A stretch of DNA of 64,000 nt from contig OZ037767.1 of the NCBI GenBank assembly GCA_964035545.1, positions 29,838,628 to 29,902,627 on the forward strand, read 5' to 3'. This document shows, one piece after another, positions 51,583-64,000 of this stretch. This DNA comes from Bugula neritina. Taxonomy: Eukaryota; Animalia; Bryozoa. The number at the start of each line of letters is the position of its first letter. Within the stretch, counting starts at the first letter, position 1. A model generated the notes under the pieces. That model was not told the DNA's origin and did no database searches. It worked only from the letters and a program-made list of their open reading frames with translations. The position numbers were made by a program, and so were the translations under genes.

Positions 51583-53600
51583 TTACTTCGGCTTCACACA
51601 AGCCAGCACACAACCAATACATATCCCGGAGCAGGTGCAGCACCCACAGGTAATGTAGGTACCAGTGATAATCCAGAAAGCAGTCAGCAAGAGAGTCGGG
51701 TCGCAAAATGTGTCCTCCACAGTGCAAGCAGCTGATGTCAAGGTCACGCAGGTAGGTCGCTGCATCCAAGCAGTGTACACGATATAGTTACCTGCGAAAT
51801 AGATTACAAGAGTAACACATACCTACGACTGAAGGGAACCAAACACCATGGCTAGTTTAGATTTATAGGAAACTGTCAAATAAAAAGTGGAATAAACTTG
51901 AAACTAATAATATGTTGTTCATGTAGCCAATTCTGGTTAAGCATCGAGTGTCCAAAAACAATCAGCAGTGAGAAATAGATTACCAGTATTTAAGAGTTTG
52001 TGTAGTCTTGTTTGGCTAGGTGCCCATTCAAGATTTGAAACTTTAGGTATTTGTGTATATCACATTATATAAACATACATTATCTGCCTGGTTATATTTA
52101 AAGATATCTGTTACATAGTAGAGAGATTATCTTTACCTGCTATAAACCAGCCAATAATAAAAAGGTTAACAACTCCATCGAATGCTCTCCATAGTGGGTG
52201 GGTAGGAACAGGCTTAGCCTCATTATCAGCTTCATTGTTGTCATTGTTGCTAGGCAACTTCCGCCTGCAGTAAGTCACAATTTTCCTGATGATAATGACT
52301 ATGAAGTAGACGCCCACTGTAGACCCAGCTACTACCATGTATATTGGCACCAGTCTAGCCGTTGGACACTGGTTTATGTTTATAGCACCTGCAAGCACAT
52401 GCATGTATGATCGCATGGTGATAATATGGTATGATATCAACCCTGCCCCTGTCTGAGTACCCTATGATACCCCAAACCCCTAATAACTGTATCATTCACT
52501 TCATTTTGAAATCTTCTGACCACTTTTCCTATCATTAGAAAGCTGGACAGATTCCAACCAACACCATATTGTCTAAGGCCCAGGAATATTTTCTCCTATA
52601 GAAGGAAATCTATTCATCTAGTGCACATTTCTTTATTTAAAGTTAACTGAGCTAATGAATGGTACTAAAGAGTAACAGCAGACCAGCTAGCAAAGCTTTG
52701 TGCTATGAGGTAAGAATCTCAAGATCTTGTGATATACTCACCAACTACTAGCATGGCTAATGGAACACCCATAAACAATAGGAAAGTCACTGTCCTCATA
52801 ACTGTAATAGATGACAGCAAAGTTTATAAGCACTTTATAAAACATGACATTAAGAGAAATAGTTACTTGAACACATCTGAATGTTTCAAACTTATATAGA
52901 CAACATAACATTTTTATATGCGACATTTTCTATAAATTCAAATTTGCAAGAAAAATACTTCGCAGGTAGCACATTATCAATAGAAGTGAGAGTTAGACTA
53001 CTACCTATCCTAGCAGCAAGACTAGATCTCAGCCTATCAGCACACTTGATGTGTCCCATAGACTTGTTCTGTATGCTCTTTATTTTACCAAACAGTGACT
53101 CATAGGAAGGAGGCTCCTCTATATAGAAACAGCAGGAGAAGATAACTTACAGCTTATGTCGGGGTTATGTTACATAGACAATTATATATTATTATATATA
53201 TTATTGACATTATTAAAAACATTTTGCAGACTTTACTCACATTTTTTAATGTTTTAAACTAAATATATGTATATTTGCTAAATATTATCACTTATATTAT
53301 ATTATATATATCCTAATATTGTATTTTATTCCAATTGAAAAAACATGACCGGTAGCTGTATAGTTTATGTGCATGTACTGAAGAATATGCAGTCATAATT
53401 TTTTATATTTGTTTGAAAATATGCATCAAATTTCTGTACTGTAAATATGCACCTTCTTTGGAGCCAATATAGCCTGGGGGAACATCATTTCTACCTTCTC
53501 CAGCAGTGCGCACAGAAAGCATAGGGGTTGCTGCAGATAGGTCCCCTTGAGGAGTGTTGCTATTGTCATTATTATTCTGGAAATCTTCAAAAATTGACAT
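51583..53600 (-). CDS. TMEM272-like four-transmembrane protein with N-terminal PY motifs, ~260 aa
   Basis: Exons 53453-53600, 53005-53118, 52742-52801, 52137-52388, 51583-51791; 783 nt in phase. Family pattern PLAMLVVGAININQCPTARLVPIYMVVAG...LFIIGWFIAGNYIVY...FCDPTLLLTAFWIIT, a Cys-rich C-terminus, and PPGY and PPSY motifs. Confidence 0.85.
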
Positions 53601-54843
53601 ACAAAGAATCCTATTTGTTTGTTAAATAGATGAACCTTTAACATATGGCTATGCTACCTTCTGAGACACTCTATTTAATCTGATATCCATTAGGTTAAAA
53701 AAGCGCAGGAAAGACCATGCAAAGTATAAATACAAAAGTGTTACTAACTAGAAGTTTGGGGAGTTGGTGCACCAGAGGCTGCGGACATCTTGGCCAGAGA
53801 CTAGGACCACAGTCTATCTATCTATATTCATCTAAAGAACAGTCAGCTAATCAGTTGATAAACAATACTGAAGGTGAAGATTCCTAAGGACTCTGTGCCT
53901 CAGACCATGCTGAAAACATGCTTTGAGAGCTTTAAAATAGTACAGACACTTCAAGACTTGCTTCTTGACATTGCTATTACATAATGTTTTAATCCAATCA
54001 TGTGGTGTGTGCTAACACCTGCTCATATCAGAGAAGTTCTTTACTGGGGTTTGCCTAGTGCATGTGCTTCCAACTACTAGACCACAGCTGCTCCTTATTT
54101 AGCAATGATACAAATATAATTATTTAAACAAACATAATTATCTAAACTAGTTCTAATACTAACTAAAAGAATATTAATATAAACTGTAGCGAATGTTTTA
54201 TATACTCCTATAAGAGGTCTAAAAGTTGCACATTAAAAACTTTTGATTAGTAAATTTATTAATTACAGCATGTATTGTACAACTATTGAGCAAGGTCTCC
54301 TCACAAAAACTGTTTTAGTATAGATTTAGAAGAATTGATAAAAGTGAGAGATTTATTGAACCATCTTCTGAGTCCGTACTAATGCTAAGAAGCTGATTAA
54401 CCCTATTTTACTTAAGCGCAGCAATAAATGTTGACCTCTACATTAAAATTTGAGAATTTTTTTTAGAAATTTCAAACTAATTAAAAAATCAGTTTGATGG
54501 TGGGTATTTTACTTCTATTATAAAAATATTAGCAGCTGAAGGTTAGCTATTCTATATCAAATCTTATATGATTAATATAAAACTACTCAAATACTCAACT
54601 ACTCACTGGTGTTTATAGTTAGTCAACTACTTCTAGATTAAAGGATTGCTCTACCTTGTCTAATAAATGGCCATTTAGGTCAAACACACATAATATTGTG
54701 TTTTTCTAAGCGTGCATTGACAAAAAGCATTTGACCAAAGGTAGAAAAAGTTAGTTGAAGTTGAGGGTGTAGATTGGTAACAGCCAAAACGCCGATTTTG
54801 AAATGAGCTGGGAAATGCGACGTAACAGCGCCAGCATTCCTGC

Positions 54844-54857
54844 TGGTCACGTGACCA
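54844..54857. promoter_or_regulatory. Palindromic extended E-box (CLEAR/USF-type GTCACGTGAC) upstream of the TMEM272-like gene
   Basis: TGGTCACGTGACCA, a 14-bp palindrome, in a locally CpG-richer patch with a nearby ATTGG (CCAAT) box, in the divergent region between the TMEM272-like gene and MSH4. Confidence 0.45.
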
Positions 54858-57777
54858 TACAAATGAATAACTATAGAAATATGACTGTGAGATGTGATCT
54901 TTCAGCTCGTAATTTGTATATTTATAGAAGTGCAAATGTGAATTATCTCAATCTATAGTTTTTTGACATTTTAAATAACATGTATGTGATAACATTAGGC
55001 CATATTTTGCTTGTAAACATAAAAAAAAGCATTGCAAAAACATGCATTCTTTAGGATGAATGCCTGCGATCGATCTAAACTAAGTCAGATTGTGCAATGT
55101 TACGGGCACACCAAAGCTGACCTATATAACGCACTGTAACTGCTTGAGCGTTATTGGTTGATGTTGTGCTCAGCAACCTTGAATACGGTACTAGCGTTAT
55201 AGTTAGCACGTGCAGCATAGTTACTGGCGTTCACACGTCACGTATTAGGCTATTCTTTTTCATGGCTGAAAATTTTACCTCCCTCAAAATTGGAATTTTG
55301 AAAAGCTGTTTTCTAGGCACATATTCCTTTGCAAAGTCACAATTGTTTGCATACACATTAGATTATAGTTCATAATTATAATGTGATTGTAATAAACTAA
55401 GATTGAGCAATCCTTTAAGAAGGCAAAAACAGGTTTAACTCTTATTCATAGCCTGTAGAATGCTAAATAATGAACTATAACTAAATTTGATTTTATTGAT
55501 GCAGACTGTTGAAAAGAAACTGAAAGCATAATAAAAATAATATAAGTATAAAGTAATTTCTAACCATTGAACTATAATAGGAAGTTTTAGTTCATTGTTT
55601 TCAACTTTGGTAACAGGATTATATTTATGGCATTATTTTTTAAGCCAGCATGTAGTATGTGTATACATTGTGTAAACTAGTAACATTATGCAATGCTTTA
55701 GTGCTGGTACAGTTAAGTAGTATGTGTATACATTGTGTAGGTTGTAACATTATGTAATATTTTAATCCAATCATGTGATGTATGTCAACACCTGCTCATA
55801 TTGAAGCAGTTCTTGCAATGCACTCATTTGAGTAAGTTGTATGCAATGTCTCTAAAAGTACAAGGTGAGTTACAAATATCATCAGCATTGCCATACTCAT
55901 ACTGATACTGTATGACTATCACTATGAGTATGACTATCAGTAACGATGAATATTTTAGTTTTTGCGTGCATTCAGCTTTGGTAACTGTAAGTATTATAAT
56001 TCTCAAAGCATTACAAACTTTAACTATCAGTATGAGTATCACTATGATCTGATTATCAGTATGAGTATAAGTATCATTAGCAGTCGTACACTATCCCAAT
56101 TGATATTGTTTTAAATAATAATATTATTATACTGATAATTTAGGTTTATCTCAATATGAACTTTAAATTTATTGAATATCAATGACAATATCAATATTCA
56201 ATATGGTGTTTAATATCACTACAACATAAAATATTGAATTGAAAATGCCTTTAAGTTTATCTTTGGGCTTTGACTCTTCGAGCCTTGAATCTAAATGCTG
56301 AGTCTAAGGCATTACTGATTACATTTTTATTTACTCATAAGTCACAGTGAATGCGATAGTGATACTGAAACTATTACTAATAATTATAGCCAAACTCAAA
56401 GTGAATATGAATATCCATATGAAATTGAATGTGAGTATCAATCTCAATGTGAATATGGATGCTATTATTAATACTAATACTAATGATAATAGTAGTAATC
56501 TTAGAGTAAGAGTTTCTGTTAGTGTTAGGTCAGTGTTACTGCTACGTCTACTGTTAGTGTGAAATTTACTTTTACTTTTAGTGCTAACTTTTATTCTTAG
56601 TTCTTACAGTAACAGTTAAACTTGCAGTCTGAGTCATGATTCATTAGACTTAGTTTAGTAACTCAATTAGAATTAGTAAATTCAATTTCAAAATCTAAAG
56701 ACGAACACTCACATTCAGTCTCACATTAAAGTTAGTGTTACTCTAAAAAGTAAGTAATACTAATTATTATATTTATTCATTTTTTAACCACATAGTGATA
56801 GTATTTACTTTTAGATTTAGGATATGGAATAAAAAGAGGCGTAATGCAACTCGTGAGAGTGCTCGTGGAATTTAATTTGTATAAAGAGAGGGGTAATAAA
56901 AACCCTTTGCATTTGCCTAATATTCAAAATTGTCGAAGATTATAAGGCTATTGTAGCGATTGCGTCAATGGTCAGTTGTCAACAAAAGTTCTTGCAGACG
57001 CTTACTTGAGCAACGCACTGACACTAACTAAATGGATCAATATCATGTAATACTAATAAGCATAAGTATTATGAACTTTTAATGACTTTGTATTAAATTG
57101 TCAAACGCAATAAACAATACTACAGTTTGTCATAAAATATTTATCGTTATAAAAAAACATTTACATCTATATTCTATAAAAAAATCTTATTATATACTTA
57201 TAATTATAGTTATACTTTAACTTATAGTTATACTAATATTTATAATGCTAGTTTATACTTTATAGTATTATAAGTACTAATTATTAGACTTATAACTATA
57301 AAAAATATTGATTTTTTTTTTGTAAAACTTCTGACATGACTTTATTGAAAGATTGGTTATTTATTTTTGAATCTACATAAACGTTTGCACTCAATAAAAA
57401 ATAAAATCAATAATCATGCATATTGTAATTGTAGACCCTCATTGCTGATGCCTGAAAGCTTGAATATTTGATCTCTTAGTGCGTTTACCTGGTTTTGCTT
57501 TGTTTTTATGCTAGCTTTGAACAGTATATTTAGTTTGAGTTTTACTTTTGCAACATTTTGTGTTTGCTTTAAATGACGCTAAAAATTGGTGTACTAACAT
57601 TGTTTTTAAACTAGTTTTGTTTTACTTGTTAAAATGCCATTGTTGTATTTGCATTTTTAAGCATTGAACATTCATGGTCTGACATTTTTATTAAATTCAG
57701 CTTTAATTTTTCAATGTCATTACTTTAGTTATGTTAGTGTATGTAAATCTAATCACTGCTATCTACTGTTTTAGAAC

Positions 57778-60700
57778 ATGAGTTTCTTCAAACCCCCAAG
57801 TCGTCTGTTTGGTGGTACAACCACTGCAACATCCTCGTGTTTGAACAGCTCTCTCAAAACCCAGTTTACTGGGCGAGCTGGTTCATTGTTCAACATGAGT
57901 ATTTGTAGCAATACAACTGCAGCTACAGATACTGCCCGATCTTCAACTGTAATGTGTAAGTAATGTACACAAATATAGCCATTTTATCATTGTATGAAAA
58001 TTCATCTGTTTTTATACAATGATCCCAACTCATAATTATAGGTCATGTAACTCTACAAAAATTATATTTTGTTGATAAATTAATAAATTTGTTTAATCTA
58101 TATTTTAGGTATTGTAAAGGGCAGAGGTAAAGCCATAACAGAAACAGGATTGGCCAGTATGGACTTGCGGAGAAACATGATTAAAATGAGTCAGTTTTGT
58201 GATGATCAGCTGTTCAGTCAACTATTAACCCAAGTTCACATGGCAGACCCAGTAGAGGTTAATGTTGCACTTAGACATTATAGCATGTATCTATATATTG
58301 TAAGATACATTTCTAATTTGGTGGGATCAAATGCATCAGCTTTGTTTTTGGGAAGAATAACTGTAGATTGTTGACTATATTGTGAAATTTATTTTGATAC
58401 ATAGAGTGCCTTATATGTAAAACAGAGGAGATGAATTTTATTGAACTTTAAATAAACTATAAAGCTTCAGCAATTAGTGTTTTGTATAATTAATTAATTT
58501 TATTTAAAGCTCATTTTATTAAAATATTATGTTTCATTTATAAAATTGCGCTGAGCACACAACTTTCATTTTCCAACTTGTATGTATTTAGATTATAGTG
58601 GCGCAGACGTTGAGAGAAAGCTCTGCCTTGGATCATATGTTTGAGAAACTGAGTAGAAATATTGCTGAGGCGAAAGTAGTTGGTGTACCCAGACGGTACA
58701 TGAATGAGATTAAGGGGCGAGACTTCATTAAGAGACTGTGTAGTAGAGACTCCACTGGCATTGAAGTGGCTCTGGAATCAAAGTAAGTTATTTTACTAAG
58801 TAACTCCCTGTGGTTAAATCATTTGTATGGTTGTTTTTATATATCTGAACTGTTATGAACTTATTTGAGTAGCTTGGCAGATACAGCGTATGCCAACCTA
58901 AATAGAATAATTATGTTACGGAGATAATACATTATAAGTGCTAGTGTCACTGTAGTACAAGTGACACCGTGGTACAACTGACACTGTGGTACAAGTGACG
59001 CTGTGGTACAAGTGACACCGTGGTACAAGTGACACTGTGGTGCAAGTGACACTGTGGTGCTAGGGACACTGTGGTGCTAGTGACACTGTGGTGCTAGTGA
59101 CACTGTGGTGCTAGTGACACTGTGGTACAAGTGACACCGTGGTACAAGTGACACCGTGGTACAAGTGACACTGTGGTACAAGTGACACCGTGGTACAAGT
59201 GACACTGTGGTACAAGTGACACTGTGGTACAATTGACACTGTGGTGCAAGTGACACTGTGATGATAGTGACACTGTGATACAATTGACACTGTGGTACAA
59301 GTGATACTGTGGTGATAGTGACACTGTGGTGCAAGTGACACTGTGGTGATAGTGACACTGTGATGCTAGTGACACTGTGGTGCTAGTGATACTGTGGTGC
59401 TAGTGATACTGTGGTGATAGTGACACTGTGGTGCTAGTGATACTGTGGTGATAGTGACACTGTGGTGCTAGTGATACTGTGGTGATAGTGATACTGTAGT
59501 GCAAGTGACATTGTGGTGGTAGTGACATTGTGGTGGTAGTGATACTGTAGTGCTATGACTATGCAGGGTGTATGCACTATTGGCAGTCTCAGGTCTTCTC
59601 CAGTACATAGAAGAGTCACTCAGCGTTTACCTGGCTCCCCATACTCTCCGAATGATCTATCACACCGGGGCTAACTGTATGCTAATAGGTTTGTTCCAAT
59701 ACAGATACTGACTTTCACTGCATACTAGTTGCTATATAGTATGTTGAATACTGCACTCCTAGTGTTTAGTCAGAAATTCAGGGAACTGTCTAATACACAC
59801 ATCAGTTTAGATGTAAGTAACATCAACAGCTGTTTAAACAAAAACATACTTTGCTCACAAACCTCATTCTTAGGTGGTGTACAACTCCATAAATATAACT
59901 AAGTAAATGTAAATAAAAACTTTCACTGACACTCAAAGTGTTATATTTAATATTTATAATATCTTCAGATTTACCATTGCATTATCATACAAACGTACAT
60001 ATTATAATATATTATTATATTATACTGTGCATATTATTACATCACACTAGAATTGTATATATTATATACAGTCTATGCTACAGTTGTGTATATTATGTAC
60101 AGATCATGGTACAGCTGTAAATCTAGAGCTGTTGCGATCCACCAGCTGCCACACGACAGGCAAGCAATCCGCCCCATCTTTATACACTGTCATCAACCAC
60201 ACCAACACACTAACTGGTGCCATCACTCTCAGGGCCAACCTGTTACAACCTCCAACAGGTAGTATTACTCAGAAAGATCATATAGTAATATATTAGTATA
60301 ATGTCAAAGCAACATTTTACAGCTTTTTCTAACCAATAAATAGTATTAGTTCAGAAGTTGTCTTCTCATTAAGAGTTGTTGGTCATTTTCTTTATCTCTA
60401 TTTACTTATTTTATAAAGCTAAGCTGTTGTGTTAACTTAGCTATCAGTTTTACAGAATTAAGATGTCGTTGTTTGATTTGCTTCAAGTAGGTAAACTCTG
60501 CATACAGTAAATACATTATCTGACTATGTTGATAAATGTGTAATGTGTGGGATCTGAATATACAGATAGAAGTCTTATAGAAGCTCGTTATGAAGCTGTA
60601 GAGGAGTTTGTAGACAACATTGAGATGTTCACGTCACTGACAAGTGCTTTTGTAAAGTTCCCTAATATTGAGAAAGTCATCTCGCTCTGTATACAAATTC

Positions 60701-63700
60701 CGAGGTAGTTTTCTCCATAAGAATAAATACATCATTGTAATTTGTATCAACATCATGCTAGTGTAAGTATATGACATGGTGTTACATAGCCTTTTGGGTA
60801 TAAGCAAGTTTTGCTTCTTTTCTTCCTCACAGGCAAGAGAATCGTGGGACTGCTGAATCAAAGATCAGGAATGCCTTGTGTTTAAAAACAGCTTTAGACT
60901 TAGTGCCTTGCATTGCTGAAGTTTTACGACCAGCCAAGTCTACACTCGTGAAAAACCTGAGACAAGTATACTGTTTACATTGATAGAATTTGCAGGTTTT
61001 GTTTTAGGTTATACAAATCTTTCTATACATGTTGATTGACTAAATAATAAGAGTACCACAGACTTACTAAGAAATATCTCCACAGGAGAATTACTATAAC
61101 AGAGCAGCTGTGGAAATATTCTGTTCTTGTCTTTCAAAATATTTTAACATGTATTTTAAATTTTTTAAAAAAATATTTGAAATGTATTTAGTTTATGAAG
61201 TTTTAGCATCTCAGAAAGTGATTATGTTGTTGATATATTACTTGTGCATGTAATAATGGCTGTAGAGGTTATTGGACGGCGGTTTAGAGCGTCTTTCTCA
61301 GCTGATAGTGGATAAATTAAACTCTAATGCTACCTTCACTTCTAATGCTAGCAGTCTTCGAGGGCAGATTGTGTTTGCAGTCAAACAAGGGATAGATGGT
61401 GGGTATTGCACAGTGTTGAACTGTTGTCTAAATTATAACCGTGGGTGTTTAAATGACTCAATGCATATCAAAATATTATAGACAAAATATTATTAGATGT
61501 AAGTATATTATATGCAAATAAACTGCCAATAGTTTCTTGGTCACCAATCTTCAGGTGTGAGCATATGCTAAGGAATTCCTGGGATGAAAGAAAAGGCTCT
61601 TTTTTAATTCTAAATTAGTTAGATGCTGGCTTATAATTGGAAGTTGCACTATAATAGGTTCACAATGTGACGCGCATGATGATCTTTCATCACGCGTTAA
61701 AGAGCACATACGGTACACAATAGTAAATAATGCGCAAACCATAAGATTTAGCGCAAAACACGTCATAGACCAAGATTAGCATCAGACATAGTTTTGTGTT
61801 AAATAAAGTATTTTCCTGTTGCAGAATAAATACAATTAAAATTTTAGTGACACCATTTTTTAAATTTCAATCCTTAAAATTACTCAAAAGTGGTTATAAT
61901 TTCTAAATATTGAATATATTTTTTTTTCACACTTTGCGATTTTACTTTTTCTAGCAATATTGCTTTTTAAGTAAGTTTAAGATAGTATCGCTTCTCGGCC
62001 TATTGGCTAAGATCAAAGTGTAGTATCTGTTCTAATCAGTTTAATATCTGATTCGTGGCACATTGTGTCACTATGATATTAATCTGATTTTTGTAACTGG
62101 ATGGAGCGCAGAAGCTTGCTTCGGCTCTGTCACGGGTTGTCTTGGTATTGCAGTACCTCCAAGTACGGCCCACCTCCCCACAGTGGGGAGAATAATTTAA
62201 AACAATAATATAATAAAGTAATAACCGTTCTGCGATCATTGTCCCTCTAATAATGAGTCAAATCTCGACCTGTGGCTTACATGCTATCCGAGAGAATAAC
62301 TCTCTGTATTCTCGCTTGTTACAAAAAGCTTTCTTTATTAGGTAAACTGGATGCCATGAGAGATGTTTACAATAGCCTAATTGATCAAACGGGTGGTAAG
62401 CTGTAATTATTTTCTATAATTATTAGATGGTATTTAAAAAGGAAACGTTTCTCCCTGCTCTATAGTGGTAAACTTACAATACTTTCTTAAATTTGCATTT
62501 AGATACTCAACCTGAAATGATTTTCTCACCATGCACAGGTGATGGCTCGCACCTGAGACTACCTACCATACTTGCTGCATATTTTAGAGACTATACAGTT
62601 CCTCTCAGAGACTTACCAAATGGCGCTAAAGTTGAGTTTCTCAACGCAGAGGGGGTTTCACTGCACTGTCAAGATTCCAAAGAACTGTGATATATCTGAT
62701 CTACCATCAGAGTTTATAAAAGTCAGCAAAGGAAAGGGGGTCTATACTATGACTACAGACAAACTGGTGTGTTGGAAGCCAATATTTCGATTGGGCTACA
62801 AATAATATTGAGTAAAATACGGGTTTTCTGTCACATAGCAGCAACTGAAAGTTTTAACATAATTCAGCTATCATGTGCAAGTTTGGCACTATACTTGTAT
62901 ACATCGCTTTATCGTTTATGTGATATATCTCTTGGTTTGGGGTTAAGATCGATTAAGTTTTTTTTCCCTAAGCTAGATATTAATGTTGAAGAGGCACTAA
63001 TAAATCAACATTAAATATACATTGTGTCAGACACTATAAGGTTATAGTGTCAATAAATGTAATTTATATTTTGAAATTTTTGAGCTATATTCGTTCTATG
63101 ATTGGCCCAAGCCAGTGCTGAAATACTGATAGTTGTGTATGTTTAAGAATATAATATAAGTCCTGCCTTTGTTTGGAATTTGACTAAACATATGTGTGCA
63201 TTTTCAGGTTATTCTGAACGGTAAGGAAAGTTTGGTTAATATTTACTTCTTGTTTGGATATTTCAAGTTTGTTGTTTTAGCACTCAAACCAAGCTATTAA
63301 ATCAAATACCCTGTTCTAAATTTATTGGGTAGAAACCTTTCTTATGCAACTGCCATAGACTACTTTTTATAATTCAACACCGATCTATGGTATGTATTAT
63401 TGTACATAATATTTTGTAATTTACCTTTGAGCTTTTTCAAAAAAGTTTAAAATTTGAAGAAGTTGAGCTGTCGGATATTAGCCACTTACAGGCTTGGTAT
63501 AAGTTTATTCCATTATTAATTATTGATTTCTATATTTATTTTAGCAAGAATATCAGAGTGCCTGGACTCCATCTATAATTTATCCAACAGGTAATATCAG
63601 TAGCTTTTCAATTTAATAATACAGAATCTGCAATAATAGTATTTATATATGATATAAAGTGGCTGTATTGATTTTCAAGTAGGCTAAAGTTTACAATACT

Positions 63701-63950
63701 TTATTGAATGCATATTCATATAAATTACATGCACAAAAGACACACATATAATGTACATATGTATTACATATGATACCTATATTACTTATATGTTGTGTAA
63801 ATATATATTATATAATATGTTACAGAATTGTGGCCCTACTGCTGTCAGAGGTTCACCAAGAAATACCGTGTCTCAACAGTTTAGTCTATGCTATTGGCTA
63901 TCTGGATATGTTAGTATCTTTAGCTTCAGTGTCCAGACAAACTGATTATG
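57778..63950 (+). CDS. MSH4: MutS homolog 4 (meiotic crossover protein); continues beyond the window; exon 4 appears disrupted
   Basis: Exons 57778-57955, 58109-58257, 58592-58782, [59705-59812 damaged], 60103-60258, 60566-60704, 60833-60965, 61266-61398, 62342-62395, 62588-62766, 63208-63220, 63545-63590, 63826-63950. MSH4-type motifs: KGRGKAITETGLASMDL...MSQFCD, RRYMNEIKG, TAVNLELL, LRANLLQP, AESKI, FSTQRGF, LPSEFIKVSK and LDMLVSLA. Confidence 0.9.
58938..59553. repeat. 17-bp minisatellite (~36 copies) in MSH4 intron 3
   Basis: Unit GTGACACTGTGGT(A/G)C(A/T)A. Confidence 0.95.
61927..61948 (+). promoter_or_regulatory. Putative snRNA proximal sequence element (PSE) for U2
   Basis: TCACACTTTGCG... 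lies about 60 nt upstream of the U2 start, the position of metazoan PSEs; the sequence match is loose. Confidence 0.35.
61987..62175 (+). ncRNA. RNU2: U2 spliceosomal snRNA, full length, in MSH4 intron 8
   Basis: ATCGCTTCTCGGCCTATTGGCTAAGATCAAAGTGTAGTATCTGTTCT (5' end with branch-point recognition GTAGTA), Sm site GATTTTTG, SLIII GCTTGCT loop, SLIV loop ATTGCAGTACC and 3' end GGCCCAC. Confidence 0.96.
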
Positions 63951-64000
63951 GTAAGTATATATACACATATAATAATATTAAAGCTACAGTAATTTAGATA

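Noticed and set aside
53987-55814. ~55-bp direct repeats (53987-54041 and 55761-55814) as LTR-like ends
   Set aside because: Short and diverged, with no TG..CA termini, TSD or internal coding sequence.
58861-59619. Cys/His-rich ORFs and a CRISPR-like regular repeat
   Set aside because: Head-to-tail 17-bp minisatellite with no unique spacers, in a eukaryotic intron.

Overview
AT-rich, intron-rich animal genomic DNA, probably from an invertebrate; the taxon cannot be fixed from sequence alone. The ORF track is mostly exon fragments and repeats, so genes were rebuilt by hand from GT-AG junctions with phase checks. Minus strand, left to right: (1) EXOC8/Exo84, 12 exons visible, running off the left edge; (2) a 16-exon, ~884-aa DEG/ENaC (ASIC-like) channel with a ~317-aa in-frame insert in its finger region, made of a Thr-rich linker, a Sushi/CCP domain and a full pentraxin domain, followed by an RVKR furin site (the main finding); (3) a type-I membrane protein with a 6-Cys ectodomain and PY motifs; (4) a secreted NHL-propeller-like + PAN/Apple protein; (5) a paralog of gene 3 that seems to lack its ectodomain; (6) a secreted, divergent FGF-like protein; (7) a TMEM272-like 4-TM protein with PY motifs. 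Plus strand: MSH4, running off the right edge, with one apparently broken exon and a U2 snRNA gene inside an intron. Also present: a tRNA-derived SINE with a 17-bp target-site duplication, several minisatellites built from splice-site sequence, a 35-bp perfect inverted repeat and an ~860-bp (CA)n tract.
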